Part shown: positions 41,543 through 54,438 of the stretch, piece after piece
Numbering within the stretch: the first letter of the stretch is position 1
Layout: each line of letters begins with the position of its first letter
Virus record (IMG/VR): IMGVR_UViG_3300050343_000191
Coordinates: 62,001 to 126,000 of that record
Strand: one strand, 5' to 3'
Length of the DNA stretch: 64,000 nucleotides
Made by a program: the position numbers and the translations under genes
The notes under the pieces: generated by a model
Seen by the model: only the letters and a program-made list of their open reading frames with translations
Told to the model about the DNA's origin: nothing
Databases searched by the model: none

Positions 41543-43242
41543 AAATCCTTTGACTTTATCAAACTTATGACACTTTCAAATTTGTCATGCAATCTGTTTA
41601 TGAGAGATGACAAAAATATTAGCATCCTTTAATCACATAACGAATAATTTTTAGAAACTCTTCGGTTCCAAATCCATCTAGTGAAGAGTCAAATACTTCA
41701 TCCATAATCAGCAGGTTGGTGTTTACAGAATTTTTGACACGCGCAACTTCTCTCCAAGTGAAGAGTAGAGGCAAATCAATTCTCATCTTTTCACCTTCAC
41801 TAAAAGAACTATAAGAAAATCTTCGTGAATAGGTGACTTCAATGGTTTCACTTAAATTCCTCATCAAGATTGAAGTTAATGTAGAAATCCATCATCTGAA
41901 GATAACGATTAACCTGCTGATTAATGAATGGAAGATACTTTCTTGATGATCTTTGTTTTTACTCCATCATCTTTGAGTAAGTGAATATGCAAAATCGTAA
42001 TGAACGATTTCTTGTTTTTTGTCTGAAAGATATTCAATTGTATTTTGGAGATTACTTTAAACTCGCTCTAATTTCTCATGTTCAGTATTTCTGGTTTGCA
42101 AGGTTACTCGGTAATAGTTTGAATTTCATGTTCAAGATCTCTGATTTGTCGTTGATTTGAGGGAAATCCGAGTATTGTTTTGAGAAATGCCATGCGTTAG
42201 TTTTGTAATCTCCTTAGATAGGGAATTGAATTGACGTTCTCTTTCTTGTTCAAACTTAATGGTTGATTCCAACTCTTGATAACCTTCCTTAAGTTCCTTT
42301 GCTTTATTTTGAACGTCCTCAATTTTATTTAACCGAAACTCTTCTTCTATGTCTTGAGTACAAGTAGGGCAGACCGTATTTTCTGTAAAAAACTTATGCT
42401 CTTTGGTAATGGTCGCAACTTTTGAGAGATTTTACCTTTAAGATTGTTTAGTTTTGATAATTTTTCACGTTGCACCAGTAACATCTTCTTGCTCTTTAGT
42501 GAACTTTATATATCTTCTTCTAGACAGCATTATCTTTCATATAAACTTCAACTTCACTCATCAACTTAGTAATTTTATCATTATTAGATTTTATATTCGC
42601 ATTGCCACGACTTTCAAGTTCATTAATAAAGTTCTTGCTGCATCTTCATCTTATCTTTAAGATTATCTTTCTTCAATATCAAAGATTTGATTTGTTCTTT
42701 CTGAGTACGAATTTATCTTTGAGAATATTATTCATCGCAGAGAAGATACGAATATCCAACAAGTCTTCAATTACTTCACGACGATTAGTAGTAGTAGTTG
42801 CATAAAAGGCACAAAGGTGCTACTACCCAGAATTACAATCTGTGTAAATGATTTATAATTTACTTTAAGAATACTCTCTTCAAGAATGCGTTGATTGGCA
42901 CGATCATCTGCTTCCTTATGAAGTGGATTACCATTCACCTCAATATCAAAGACATTTGGTTTGATTCCACGACGAACCAAATAGTCACGACTATTCACAG
43001 AGAACTCAATCTCAACTAAACAATCACTCTCATTTGTAGCATTCGCATTAGTTGTGGTTTATTAATCTTACGAAATGGTTTATTGAACAATACAAAAGTA
43101 AGTGCATCCAACATTGTGGATTTACCTGCACCATTTGTTCCAATAATCAAGATTAGTATGATGTTTTGAAAATCAATCTCAGTAAATTGATTGCCAGTGA
43201 ACTTAAAAAGTTTTTATATCTAATCTTTTGGAAGGTTATCAT
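41543..43242 (-). CDS. gp46: Recombination endonuclease ATPase subunit (frameshifted)
   Basis: GTNGAGKST, CPTC hook, FSEGEKMRIDL, IMDEVFDSSLD. Confidence 0.92.
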
Positions 43243-43500
43243 TCTTAGGAGGAATCACAATGTCATTAGGTGTAATTACCGCATATTTGTAATTATAGCG
43301 TTTACAAGTTAAAATTGCAAGTTCATCATCAACTTCTACAACATCCATATCAGCATCTTCTTATCTTCTAATAGCATCATAGCATAACGATCTGCATCAT
43401 CTTCATCTTCAAAGAAAAAGAGAACTTTATTCACCATAACCTATCCTGAACGGCATAAGCACCATCATCTTTACTTATCTTTGAGAGTGAGAAGATACAT
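43225..43500 (-). CDS. Conserved small protein between gp47 and gp46 (frameshifted)
   Basis: 'GAYAV..EDEDDADRYAM..ITPNDIVIPP'. Confidence 0.55.
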
Positions 43501-44539
43501 TTACTCTACTTCGCAAGCTTGTGAATAGACTTTCTTGAAAGATATCCCTTTAATTATATTTTTATCACAATCAAACTCTGACTTCATCAATATAACGATT
43601 TAGAATTGAAAGTGTATTTTCTTCTTCCTCAATTCAAATTCTTCATTCTCTTGAATTTCAAAGTTTTCAACAATTTTTAAATCTTGAACTCCACAGAATA
43701 CAACTTATCAATAAACTTTCAAAATCTTTGGTTTTGTTTTTTTACGAACAATAACTTTTACAATCTTGTTTTCATATTCAGTTGCATTGAAGAGTTTATG
43801 ATTGAGTATCCTCATAATAGATATTATAAAATAATTTATAAGGATTATTAACTGGGGTATGAGTGAGGGTATCCGTATCAAAGATATGAAATCCTCTTGT
43901 ATCATTCACATCATTCCAGAACATCTCATAAGGATTTCCTAAGTAGAAGATTTTTCCGTTGTCTGACCGTGTATGGTAGTGTCCCGAAAACACTTTGTCG
44001 AACTTCTCAAATAAGTCGCACGCCATACCGTCTTCCATGACGTGTCCACGATGCGCTCTGAATCCGTTGAGCTCAAGGTGCCCCATCGCACATATGCTAT
44101 CAGTAGTTTTGACAGCCTTGACAGTATCCTCAAAGTTTTCTGCATTGATCCAAGGAATAAACAATACTTTTAATTTATCTAATCATAACCTCTGATACTT
44201 CACTATAGTCTTAATATTATTATAAGTCTGTAGAAGAAGTTCTGGAGAGTTTACATTATTGGTATTCTTATAATAAGCAATCATGATTACCAATAATCAT
44301 ATGAACGTTATAGTTTCCAAGTCTCTCAAATACAACTCTCTTTGACCACTCAAGACTCTGATAATCAATTGACTTACGACTATCAAAAGCATCACCCATA
44401 TGAATAACAGTATCAATTCCTTCTGCTTCTAAGTGGGAAAGAAGACATCATCATAGAACTTCTCAAAATAGTCATGAAGAAACTTAGAACCTTTACGGGC
44501 ACCATAAGTGATTGTATCCGTGATGATAGCAACCTTCAT
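43501..44539 (-). CDS. gp47: Recombination endonuclease nuclease subunit (frameshifted)
   Basis: MKVAIITD, MGDAFD, GNH, MGHLE, SGHYH. Confidence 0.92.
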
Positions 44540-45074
44540 CGACGTTTTTTTGTGCATCTTATATTGAATATTATCCTTAATGGTATTATACTCTGAACTA
44601 TGCCCAGAAAGCAAGCTATCGTCAACAATCATAACTTCATCAAATCCAGTACCTTCTCAATGATCTTAGTTTTGATTTCCAGTTGCTTCTTCTCCTTCTG
44701 AATTCGTCTCAGGAAGGCATAATGAATAATCTGAGTAAAGTATGCAAAAGGATTCTTAGACTTCTCTGGATCGAAATTATGAATGTATTGAACGCAATTT
44801 TCAATACCATCAGAAATCATATCCTCACGGAACATATAATTCACAAAGTTTGGTTTATATGAGAGAGTGTGTTGCAATCTTAAGAAAACACTCACCAAGA
44901 TAATTTGGAATTGGTGGTTTTCCTTCCCATTTTTCCTCTTTCTGTTTTGGTAGGTTCTCAGTGATCTTTATTGAAAGTCTTTTTGTATGATACTTCTACC
45001 TTGGTTCGATAGACAATCATTGCCTCTAGCAACTCTTTATTGTTTACATAATGTTCTGATTTCTTTTTAGGCAT
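44536..45074 (-). CDS. gp55: Late transcription sigma factor (frameshifted)
   Basis: HYVNNKELL, DMISDGIENC, NPFAYFTQI, RRIQKEKKQ. Confidence 0.93.
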
Positions 45075-45113
45075 AATTCATTACTTTTCGCCTTTAATAA
45101 AGTTGTTATGTAT

Positions 45114-45163
45114 ATTATACCATACTTTTAAGGCTTGACAACATAGTGAATTATAAGTAGAAT
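45114..45163. promoter_or_regulatory. Overlapping divergent sigma70-type promoters
   Basis: + strand TTGACA(45135)-N17-TAGAAT(45158); - strand TTGTCA-N16-TATAAT with TG extension toward gp55. Confidence 0.65.
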
Positions 45164-45188
45164 ACCTTTGTTAGGTTGAAGAGAAAGC

Positions 45189-45621
45189 TTAGCTTTCTTT
45201 ATTATCTTTAAGTTTATAAAGATATTCTCTAGATTTTTCTTGCTTCTTCTACAGAAGATATAACCCATTTTAGTAGATGGTTTTACTTTACCAGGTTTTT
45301 CATTGGATTACTAGATTCCAATTATCAATATTGATCATCATCATCTTCAATATAAGTTATATAAATTCTCAATTATTAATCTTTGATTTTACTTCTGTCA
45401 TTGTAATAATTTTATCAGGTATTTATAATAATAAAATCATCAGATGCTATTTCCATCCATGGTTTTACTTTGACATGCATTCCTGTCTTTGAGAATTATT
45501 TTCATAATGTACTGGATTTTGCAGTAGAATCAAAGGATCTCCATCATTCTCATCAATGAGACTAATGAAAATATTTCTTCTCCTGATACTAATTTTATAT
45601 TGCATAAAATTCTTCTCCCAT
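45189..45621 (-). CDS. Conserved Sm-like protein upstream of gp55 (frameshifted)
   Basis: MGEEFY..KLVSGEEIFS..VKPW..MGYISSVE. Confidence 0.6.
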
Positions 45622-47088
45622 TAGTTTTTTAGCGGTATGTTTACAATATCGTAATTAAAATTTTCTTCGTTATAAACTTTAATTCTTTCAATTAGATGAT
45701 TAAGTGTATAGTTTCTCCTGGATTTGTAGGATATGTCGTCAGCAATGTCATAGAGAGTTGCCTTGGTCTTGTTATTTCCTTTCCTGAGCACCCTTCCAAT
45801 AGACTGGAGATTCCGAATTCTAGATTTGGATGGAGAAGCAAAAATAACATTATGGAGGTTTTTGATATTAATACCTGTACTGAAAGTTCCATATGAAGCA
45901 ACAATAATCGCATTATTTTCTTTTTCAGTAATCTCTCTTACTTGTTCTCTATCTTTGTTGCCACACCACCGTGAACAAAAAAGACTTGACTTTCTTCAAC
46001 AGTTACTATTATTTATTAAATCATATAATGGTTGACCATGACCTTCAACTCTTGCAAAAAGAATTAAGAGTATTTCCTTTGAGATCTAGTGCAAGATTTC
46101 TAATGAACTTATTTCTACGTTTTTCATGATTGATAATATACTGAACTTCTTCCTCAAAGTTTTCAAATTTATGTGCTGGATGCTTCAGTAGAAGTACATT
46201 AATATCCAGTTTAGCAACATGCCCCTTCTTCATCAGTTCTTCGGTACGAATGATTTTATATGAAGGACCAAACAATCCTTCAAGAACCCATTTATGAGTT
46301 TGTGTCCATCAAGAGTTCCGGTAAATCCAAAACGATATTTTGCATCAGCAAGTTTTGTCATTATAGATATTAATGACTTACTTTTGAACTGGTGTGCCTC
46401 ATCCCCAACAACTACGTTAAATCGTTCAAAATATTTTCGGGGGAGTTTGTAGATAGACTGCCAGGTAGTAATGATAACTTGAGAATCTGTTTCTCTTTCT
46501 TCCCAGCATAGATCTTGTGGCAATATGAACCTACATCCCAACCATAGTCTGCAAAATCTTTATACATCTGCTCTACTAGCGAAGTCGTCGGAACAACTAT
46601 CAGAGTATTTTGTCCTTTCTCAACGTAATATCTCACAATCGAATATATCATCAGAGACTTTCCAGAAGCAGTTGGGGATATCAGCAACTTTCTATTATGT
46701 CTTTAAGGCGTCGTATACTCCTTCTAACTTGGTAATCTCTCGGGGAATACTTACAAATAGCATTCATATAATCTTTTACACCTTCCTTTGAGATAAAGTT
46801 ATTCGTCTCAAAAGGAAGACCATAATACTTACTTATCTACAAACTCATAAGTATATTCGTGATCATCACAAAATTTTGTAACCTTATCTAACAACCCAAC
46901 GTATATCTCTCCAGTCTGGGTATTAAATAATCTTATCTTTCCATCCCAGTATTTACTACGATACGAGGACATAAACTTTGCACCAGGAACCTCAAAGGTA
47001 AACTGGTCTGATAATTCGTAGTATACGTGAGGTTCTGCCTTAACCTGTAAATAACTTCATTCTTTTTTGATATAATCAAATGAGACAT
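45621..47088 (-). CDS. uvsW: SF2 RNA-DNA helicase (frameshifted)
   Basis: SPTASGKS, DEAH, GFTGT, QSIGRVLR. Confidence 0.93.
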
Positions 47089-47114
47089 AACTCATAGGTT
47101 CACCTATGAAGTAT

Positions 47115-47323
47115 TTAGTTCATACTGTCAAACTGATGTTCTAAATGTATAAGTCTATAAAAATTATCTCTCATCGCGCATATACCAAAGATGCTCCTGT
47201 TCTTCATATGGTTCTAGCGTGCTCCTGGCCATTTTTAATAGCTTTCTAAGTCCAGAATGATGAAAAGACTAATTCGTCTGATATAGTTAAATTTACTTGG
47301 TAATCAAATTCTTGATCTTCCAT
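47115..47323 (-). CDS. Small hypothetical protein (frameshifted)
   Basis: MEDQEFDYQV..RPYEEQEHLW. Confidence 0.45.
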
Positions 47324-47759
47324 TAGAATCCTGCTTGGAACTTGTGCCAGTCAATAGCATTTTTAATTTGAAAGGTTCTATTTGATACTGTCTTGATAAT
47401 TTCTTCTAAAAATTTTAAAGCATCAGTATCGTAGTAGCGAATCTTCATATCAATCTTATTTAACTTCGATCATCTGCATCTAGATACCTTTGAATGCATC
47501 TTTATCTCGGACTTTATATGGAAAAGGTTCTTCTTCATACACCTCTGCTGTCTGCCTTTCCTGTGTAAAAGTTATGATCGTTCAATTTTACTTTGTTATA
47601 AGTTGCCCTCTTGCTTTCTCTCTCAAAAGAGTGATAGTATTGTATAATTGTATAATACTTTGAATGAAGTTGTGGAATTTTTAGTGATTCATCATGTAGA
47701 TTATCAGGGTCGATTTGAGAATCTTTCTGCCACATTTCCTGAATTTTTTCAAGGTCCAT
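47323..47759 (-). CDS. uvsY: Recombination mediator (frameshifted)
   Basis: MDLEKIQEMWQKDS..IPQLHSKY..RTFQIKNAIDW. Confidence 0.9.
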
Positions 47760-48309
47760 TAGGGTGTTCTGTTATCAGCAGCTAATACATTATACACAGT
47801 ATACTTGAAAGTGACCTCTGCTGTAAAGTAGTTGATATCAGTGATCACTTGCATCAAATTCTAAAGAAGTCAAGTGAGACAGGAAAACATATCTTAGAAT
47901 TTTACAATAGCAACATCTCTAAAGTTGCTATTTAAAATATGAAGACTTCCATCACTAAATTGTTCATTTAAATCTCTTACTCCATCATTATTTGTTGTTA
48001 AATCTTTAAATTGTTGTGGTTTCTGGAAAACCTAAACCAGTCAATCCAATTATGAACTATGCCATATAATTTTCCATATTCTCATCAACTAAAAATCTTA
48101 AGGAAAAATCTCCATAAGTAAGTTTTTCTCCAGGAATATCAATATCTTTAAGATAAGATGGTTGTATTGCAGTTCCTAAACTAATTTCTGGTATTCTAGC
48201 AGAATTACAGAAAAAATCAACCTTTGGTTCTTTTGATAGATGTAAATTTAAAACCAACCAGATAAAAAATTTCTATTGTTTATCTGGTTGGCCCAACTAA
48301 ATTTGCCAT
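47759..48309 (-). CDS. gp3: Tail tube terminator (frameshifted)
   Basis: RNFLS..KVDFFCN..FLVDENMENY. Confidence 0.85.
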
Positions 48310-48333
48310 CATCGTTTTTATTTGTATTTAGAT

Positions 48334-48360
48334 AAAAAAAAGAGGGTCCGAAGACCCTCT
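48334..48360 (-). terminator. UUCG intrinsic terminator after gp23
   Basis: AGAGGGTC-TTCG-GACCCTCT-T7. Confidence 0.9.
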
Positions 48361-48381
48361 GTAAAATATGTGAACCGTGGA

Positions 48382-49751
48382 TCACATGAGGTTTTGAACC
48401 TTGACTCTTCTGTAGTAACGGTTGGCGTTCTTGAGTAAGAGCCAAGACCAGCGCCAACGTTGCACCTTCTAGCGAAGGGGTTAGCGACCATGCCGTAGCG
48501 AGTCTTGAATCCGATTTTGGGCTGGAAGGTGTTCTCTCCAACTGCACGAACCATCTGAAGAGGAACGTATGGGCAGTAGAACAGACCTGCGTCATAAGGT
48601 GAAGAACCCTTATAACCAGCAACGTAGTACTGATAGCAGCAGCACGTTAGCAGAATAAGGATCGATGTAGACCGATACTTACCTTGCAAGAACACCAGCG
48701 AAGGTGTTACCGGTGTCATCAACGTTCAGGTTGCGTTGAGTGCAGGGGTGTAATCAAGTACACCAGCCATGGTCAGTGCGGAAGCAACGTCTGCAGAACA
48801 CAGAATCATGTTGCCCTTTCCTCTACGAGTCTTTGTGCGATTGCGTTAGCATCTCGCTCGATTTGGAAAATAAGACCTTTGAACTTCTCAACAGACCAAC
48901 GACCGTTGGAGTCAACGTCAAGGTCAAAAGTACCAGCGGTTAGCAACATTAGTTGAGCACCAGTTCAGCAACTTGTAGATGGTTCTGATGACTTCACGGT
49001 TGATTTCAGCAAGGATCTCAGTGGAGAGAATGTTGGCAAGTTCTGCTCAGCATTCAGACCATGAATTGCCTTGAGGTCTTGTGCCAGTTCTAAGTGAATA
49101 CTCTGCTTTCAGAGCTCTGGACTTAGCAGTAACGGTGACTTTCTCGATCGAGAATGCCATCTCGTTGAATGTCATTACCGTGCCATCTCCAAGTGCTTCA
49201 GCGTCGTCGTGGTACGCATACCCTGACCTACGTTGTAAGCTTGGGCTTGGGTTAACTCAGAGACCAGGATTGGTTACCAGCTGTGCAGTAGTACCTAAAC
49301 CAACGTTGCAGCAGTTGTCCTGCCGGGTGAGATTGCCAGACCACCAGCATTCTGACCAGAGAATGCAGTATCTGCTTCGTCGAACAATGCTTCAGTTCCA
49401 CCTGATTGGTATAGCGGGAACGCATTGCGAAGATCAGTCCAGTAGGACCGTTCATTGGTTGAACGCCTGCGAGGTCATATGCGACCAAGTTAGGCATTGC
49501 GCGTCTGATCAGGAGATCAGAACGGGGTCGAAACCTGTTAGGGGCAAGAGCTCCAGATCCAGGTTACCAACAGAGTTGGTAGGAGCTTCAGAAAGGAATT
49601 CTCTTTCCTCTCTGAGCATGTTTTTCTTGGTTCTCCAGGAGAACTGCGGTAACCATTCTCTACGGTGGGAATCCTTGATGCCTCCGAGACCCTCGTAGTT
49701 GAGGATGGTGCCCACTTCTCCTGCAGGTGTTCAGCATTGAAACATTTGCAT
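48382..49751 (-). CDS. gp23: Major capsid protein (frameshifted)
   Basis: GVQPMNGPTGLIFAMRSRY, FYCPYVPL, FQPKIGFKTRYG. Confidence 0.97.
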
Positions 49752-49799
49752 TTGAATTTACCTTGTTAAAAAGTTTTAGTTTGATTTATAATTAAAAAA

Positions 49800-50916
49800 T
49801 CACTTTTTAGAAACTCTAGTCAGAGTATCGAGATAGGATTCCATTAAACCAGTACTGGTTGTGCAATGGACCTTCTGAACTCTTCGGAAATATTCTCAGA
49901 GTTGTCTCTTTGAGTACCAACGGACTCTGGGAAATAAGATTCTCTCAGAGTTACCAGTTTCTCACGATAGTTGTCTTCACTTTCAAACTCAACATTTTCA
50001 GCAAGAGAAGCGAGTTTATCCTTTCTGGGTGTCTGCAAGACCCTCAGAGACATCGCGAAAATTACATCAGCAACCGACTCAGCTAATCTACGATTAAGAG
50101 CAACATTTCTATCGATTTGCTCGTTGAGTTTACCTTCCATTTCATCTAATTTATCTACCATGCTCTCAAGTTACATCATATTTTTCTTCAGGGATTGTTA
50201 CATAATGTTCTTCAAAAAGACCCTTCATTCCGTCGAGGAATGATTCGGTCATTTCTGCTCTTGAGACCTTGCTCAACTGCGAGTTGATTTTCAGAATCCA
50301 CTCATCGGCAACATACTCAAGATATGAATCAACGCTCAGTCAGTTCTTCTTAATAACGGACAACTTCTTCTTCAGAGAGTCTGATTCGTATTGTGCTTTC
50401 AGTTCTTCTTGAATTTCGGCAACTTTAGTCTTAATAGCAGCTTCAAAGATGGTGCGTGCTTTCTCTTGGAACTCTTCGGAAAGTTCTTCACCCTCAAGAA
50501 GTGCTTCAACATCTTCTTCGATGTCAATCCTTCTCTTCGTGAGTTCTTCTTCAGTTTCTTCTTCTTCAGAACAACTTCTCTTCGGAAACTACATCTTCTT
50601 CAGATGCAGTGGTGTTTCTTCTTCGGACTACTTCACCTTCAACTTCCTCTTCTTCCTTCATACTTCTTAGGCATGGGAGCAGCAGGTTTACACATCTATT
50701 CACTTGCTTGACAGTTGCGATTTTGGTTCTGCGAGTTTAGTTAGAGTTGTCGTCAGGTCTTATAGTTTTCTGGAGTAGGACCGCCGAGATCTTCGTCTAC
50801 AGTTTGACCAGGGGTCCACCAGAAGCATTACTTCCGGATTTTGCATTGCTTCAGCAGGCAGCAGCTCCTTTAGTTACTACGTTTTCCATTTCTTGTAAAT
50901 TGCTACCAACGGACAT
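49800..50916 (-). CDS. gp22: Prohead core scaffold protein (frameshifted)
   Basis: DLGGPTPENY, TIFEAA, LASLAENVEF. Confidence 0.9.
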
Positions 50917-50956
50917 TTGATTTTATTAATTTTTAACTAATATATTTATTTATAAT

Positions 50957-51603
50957 TTAAAGATTTGATAAGAAATTATTGAATAATCTCAACTTATGCT
51001 CTTCAAGTTTTTTGATCAACGAGAGTATTAATTCTCTTCTGAGTTCTTTCTGCAAGTTGTTCACGAAGGATTCCTCCTTCCCAAACCCACTCTTTTCCTT
51101 CCATAATTCCTGAACAAAAGCATCAGGAGCAGAAGGATCGGCAACGATATCAGCAGCAGTTGCTAACATGAAATCTTCACCAACAACTTTACATACCTTC
51201 ATTGGTCTTCTTTTAATGAACCAACACCACGAGAAGAAACTCCAAGCATCACACCTTCATCGAGAAGTGAAGATGCAATTTTACCCATAGGAGTAAAGAA
51301 TTTGTGCCTTTACCTTTAAAATTATTACCTTCTCTGAGTGAGTGAAGTAATCTTATGAGAAACACGGTCAAGATTGACGGTAGGACCATCAGGATGACCA
51401 AGTTCTCCAAGAGCACGACCCTTATTAACGAAAGATTCGTTATATCGATCTACTTCTTTAGAAAGAGTAGTAATGGGATACATTCTTCCATTACGATTTT
51501 TGAGTTCACCTTGAAGGAATACACCTTCAATGTAAAGTTTTATTAGACCCTTACCTTCGGTAATAATCTGTACGTTTGAAATTTCTTCTGTGATAAGTTT
51601 CAT
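50957..51603 (-). CDS. gp21: Prohead protease (frameshifted)
   Basis: NRNGRMY, GELGHP, GVSSRG, DIVADPSAPDA. Confidence 0.93.
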
Positions 51604-51608
51604 TTTTA

Positions 51609-51857
51609 TTAACCTGTAAATCCTACTTTTCATCATGACAACTCCTGGTGCTGATGCAGAAATTATCTTGAGCACCTTTTTCTTGATATGTTCCAGGATC
51701 TAGGTGTGTTATCAGCATTACGGGCTTGATAGTCCAGCATTGAAGTACTTTCATAAGCAACACTTGACCACCCTTCATCTGCCACCATTGTGTGACTGAT
51801 TTTTTCCTGGTTGAGGAGAAACAGGTTGCAGTTTTCGTCGTAACGCTATGTTGCCAT
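51609..51857 (-). CDS. Garbled small gene upstream of gp21
   Basis: Fragments RYDENCN..DYQARNADNTP and ..KVGFTG in different frames. Confidence 0.4.
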
Positions 51858-52091
51858 TACTCAGAATCCTCTTCTGGTGCCAATGCATCAACTACTTCAT
51901 CTAAAAGTTCTTGCCATTAGTTTCCTTCCCCTTCGGAATTATCTTGCTGGTCATCAAACATGGATGCGCCAACTGTTGGACGAATAGTATTAATACGTTC
52001 TGCTGCTTTTGCATACAAAACATCTTTAATTCTGTCACTAATATCAGATGCCGACGAATCGGATCCGCACTAAATTTACAATTTCTTCCAT
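51857..52091 (-). CDS. Small prohead-associated protein (frameshifted)
   Basis: MEEIVNL..SDISDRIKDVLYAKAAERI; position between gp20 and gp21. Confidence 0.6.
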
Positions 52092-52118
52092 GAAAATTTA
52101 ATATATGTATATTTTATA

Positions 52119-53794
52119 TTTATATCTCGGCAGCTTTACCGTCTACTTCAGTCATTCCACCATCAATTTCAGGAACTTCCATCGGAACATCACCCATCAT
52201 TCCTTCTCACCTTCTTGTGGTAATGGTTCTCCAGTTACTGGATCAATTGCGACTGGATCTGGCAATAATACCTTTTTGATTTCATCTTCAATCTGTTCAT
52301 CAAGTTCAATGATTTCTCAGAATCAGTCTGACGAAGAACTTCTTACGAACATATTCGGTAGAGTAGTATTTTCCAATATATGGTTCCATAGTTGCAAGAA
52401 TGCCAAGTCTATTTTGAATTAACTCAGATTCTTTCAATTCTGCAAACTGATTATCATAAAGAAGTCATATTGAATATGATCACTTCATCTTTCCCAGTCT
52501 TCTGGGGTACAGACATTCTTCAGAATCAAGTTGAGTTCTGAGCATATCGTTGAACATTTGAGCAAAACGCTTTCTCAAACGACCAACAAACTTAGCAAAT
52601 TTCAAGTTCGTCACGAAGAATTTCTGAAGAACGACCAAGATTAAAACCACCATCAGCAGCGATTCTAGATTCAGGTACACCAAGTGCTCTATAAAGTTTC
52701 TTTTGGAAATACTCAATATCAGAGAGTTCTCCTAAATTCTGACCACCAGGAAGAGTTGTTATTTCAGTTCCTCTACCACCTTCTCTACGAGGTAACCAAA
52801 AATCTTCCAGCATACTCATAAACTTTTTGTCGTCACGAACTTCGCCAGTGTTGTGCATCATAGACTAGTTTATTTCTATAGCGAGACATAACCTCACGAG
52901 ATATTGCTCTGCTTTACTTTAGGAAGATTGCCAACATCAATATAAAAAATACGACGCTCTGGTGCGCGGGATAATCTATAGATGAACAAAGAATCCTCAA
53001 TCATTCTCAGTTGATTGAGTGCTTTAATTGCTTTATGAAGATATGATAGAACTGTATTCTTTATTTCTATCTACAAGACCAGAAGTGCAATATGTAATTG
53101 AATCTTTTGCAATTTTTACAGATTTCCTTTACCATTTAAAGATCCTGTTGGATATTTGGTGATGGAGTATACTGGAAAAACTCTTCAAACTCTGGTCCAT
53201 TAGCATACTTTTCTGTTCATTAGATTTGCCATTTAAATTTATTTGCCTACTCGTGCAAATAAGTATCATATCTAGTCTCGTCTTTCTTTTCTTGGCGAAT
53301 ATACTTGATCTTTCAATGGATCAATATATCTAAGTTCTTGAATACCTTCTTGAGGTTTTTTAAGATCAATTACTTTTAAATAATATACTCTTCCATCAAC
53401 ATACCAATTTCTAAAAATTTCGTGTGACTTTCTATCAAAATCTAAAATTTCTTTAATATACTTAAACTCTGATCTGATTCTTTTTTAAATTGTCGCTTGC
53501 ATTCAGATTTGATAGTTCAATTTCTACAGGAGAATCATAAAGATCACTAACGATTGCTTCATTAACAACATCTTCAATAGCACCATCCGCTTCGGGATGG
53601 AGTGACATTTCTCTATATCTTCTAATTAAATCATGTTCTGTTTTATAGACACCTTCAATATCTACATATTGTCCATAAAATCCACTACTAATATAGTTAT
53701 CAACCCCGTCCTGATTAGTTTCAGGAACGGGGGAAATAACTGAAGGTGACTTCTTTTGCTTGTCGTCAATAGAAAAACCAAAAAGTTTGGCCAT
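52119..53794 (-). CDS. gp20: Portal protein (frameshifted)
   Basis: MAKLFGFSI, RAPERRIFYIDVGN, EDFWLPRREGGRGTEI. Confidence 0.95.
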
Positions 53795-53826
53795 AATAAC
53801 TTAAAGTGCCTATTACCTTCTTCTAT

Positions 53827-54417
53827 TTAGTTGATGTCTTCACCGCCAGCATTTACGCCGCTGCCCTTAGTAGCTTCCCACCACTGAACTTGAAGTTCAA
53901 CAGTGAATTCTTGGATACCTTGAGCATCATAAGAAAGTTCGATTGGTGATACCTGAGTCGGGAATACATCGTAAAAACGATATGATCTCAGAGTAGAACC
54001 GTCACGATCTAACTGATAAACGTAAGCATCTGATTGATAATCTGCTGGATTAACCAGACCAGTATTATCAGATACTCTGTTAATCGTATTCATCCAACGC
54101 TCAAAGGCAGAGCGGATTGAAAAGTCCGTATCGTTCAGAACTGTAACGGTCCAAGAATCGAAGGTTCTATCACCTGCGATTTTTAGAACACGACCTCTGA
54201 AAGGTACTTCGATCTGAGCAATGTTAGATGCAGGCATATTTGCACCTTTGACCAAGAATCTTGATTTCTCAAGAACTACTGAGTCAGGTTGCGCTGTATC
54301 AGGGAACTGAAGAACGACTTCAAAGAGGTTGGCGCGAGCGCCACCACCCGTTAACTTACTCTTGAAGTCGGTAATTTTCCTTAGTGGGGGTGGATTAATT
54401 TGATTTCTAGATGGCAT
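53827..54417 (-). CDS. gp19: Tail tube protein
   Basis: GGARANLFEV, PFRGR, GDRTF. Confidence 0.95.
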   Translation of the reverse strand: MPSRNQINPPPLRKITDFKSKLTGGGARANLFEVVLQFPDTAQPDSVVLEKSRFLVKGANMPASNIAQIEVPFRGRVLKIAGDRTFDSWTVTVLNDTDFSIRSAFERWMNTINRVSDNTGLVNPADYQSDAYVYQLDRDGSTLRSYRFYDVFPTQVSPIELSYDAQGIQEFTVELQVQWWEATKGSGVNAGGEDIN

Positions 54418-54438
54418 TTGAGTTAACCTCTACTTGAA

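Noticed and set aside
7768-53460. Alternative genetic code as the cause of the fragmented ORFs
   Set aside because: Fragments change reading frame rather than reading through one stop type, and long intact genes use the standard code
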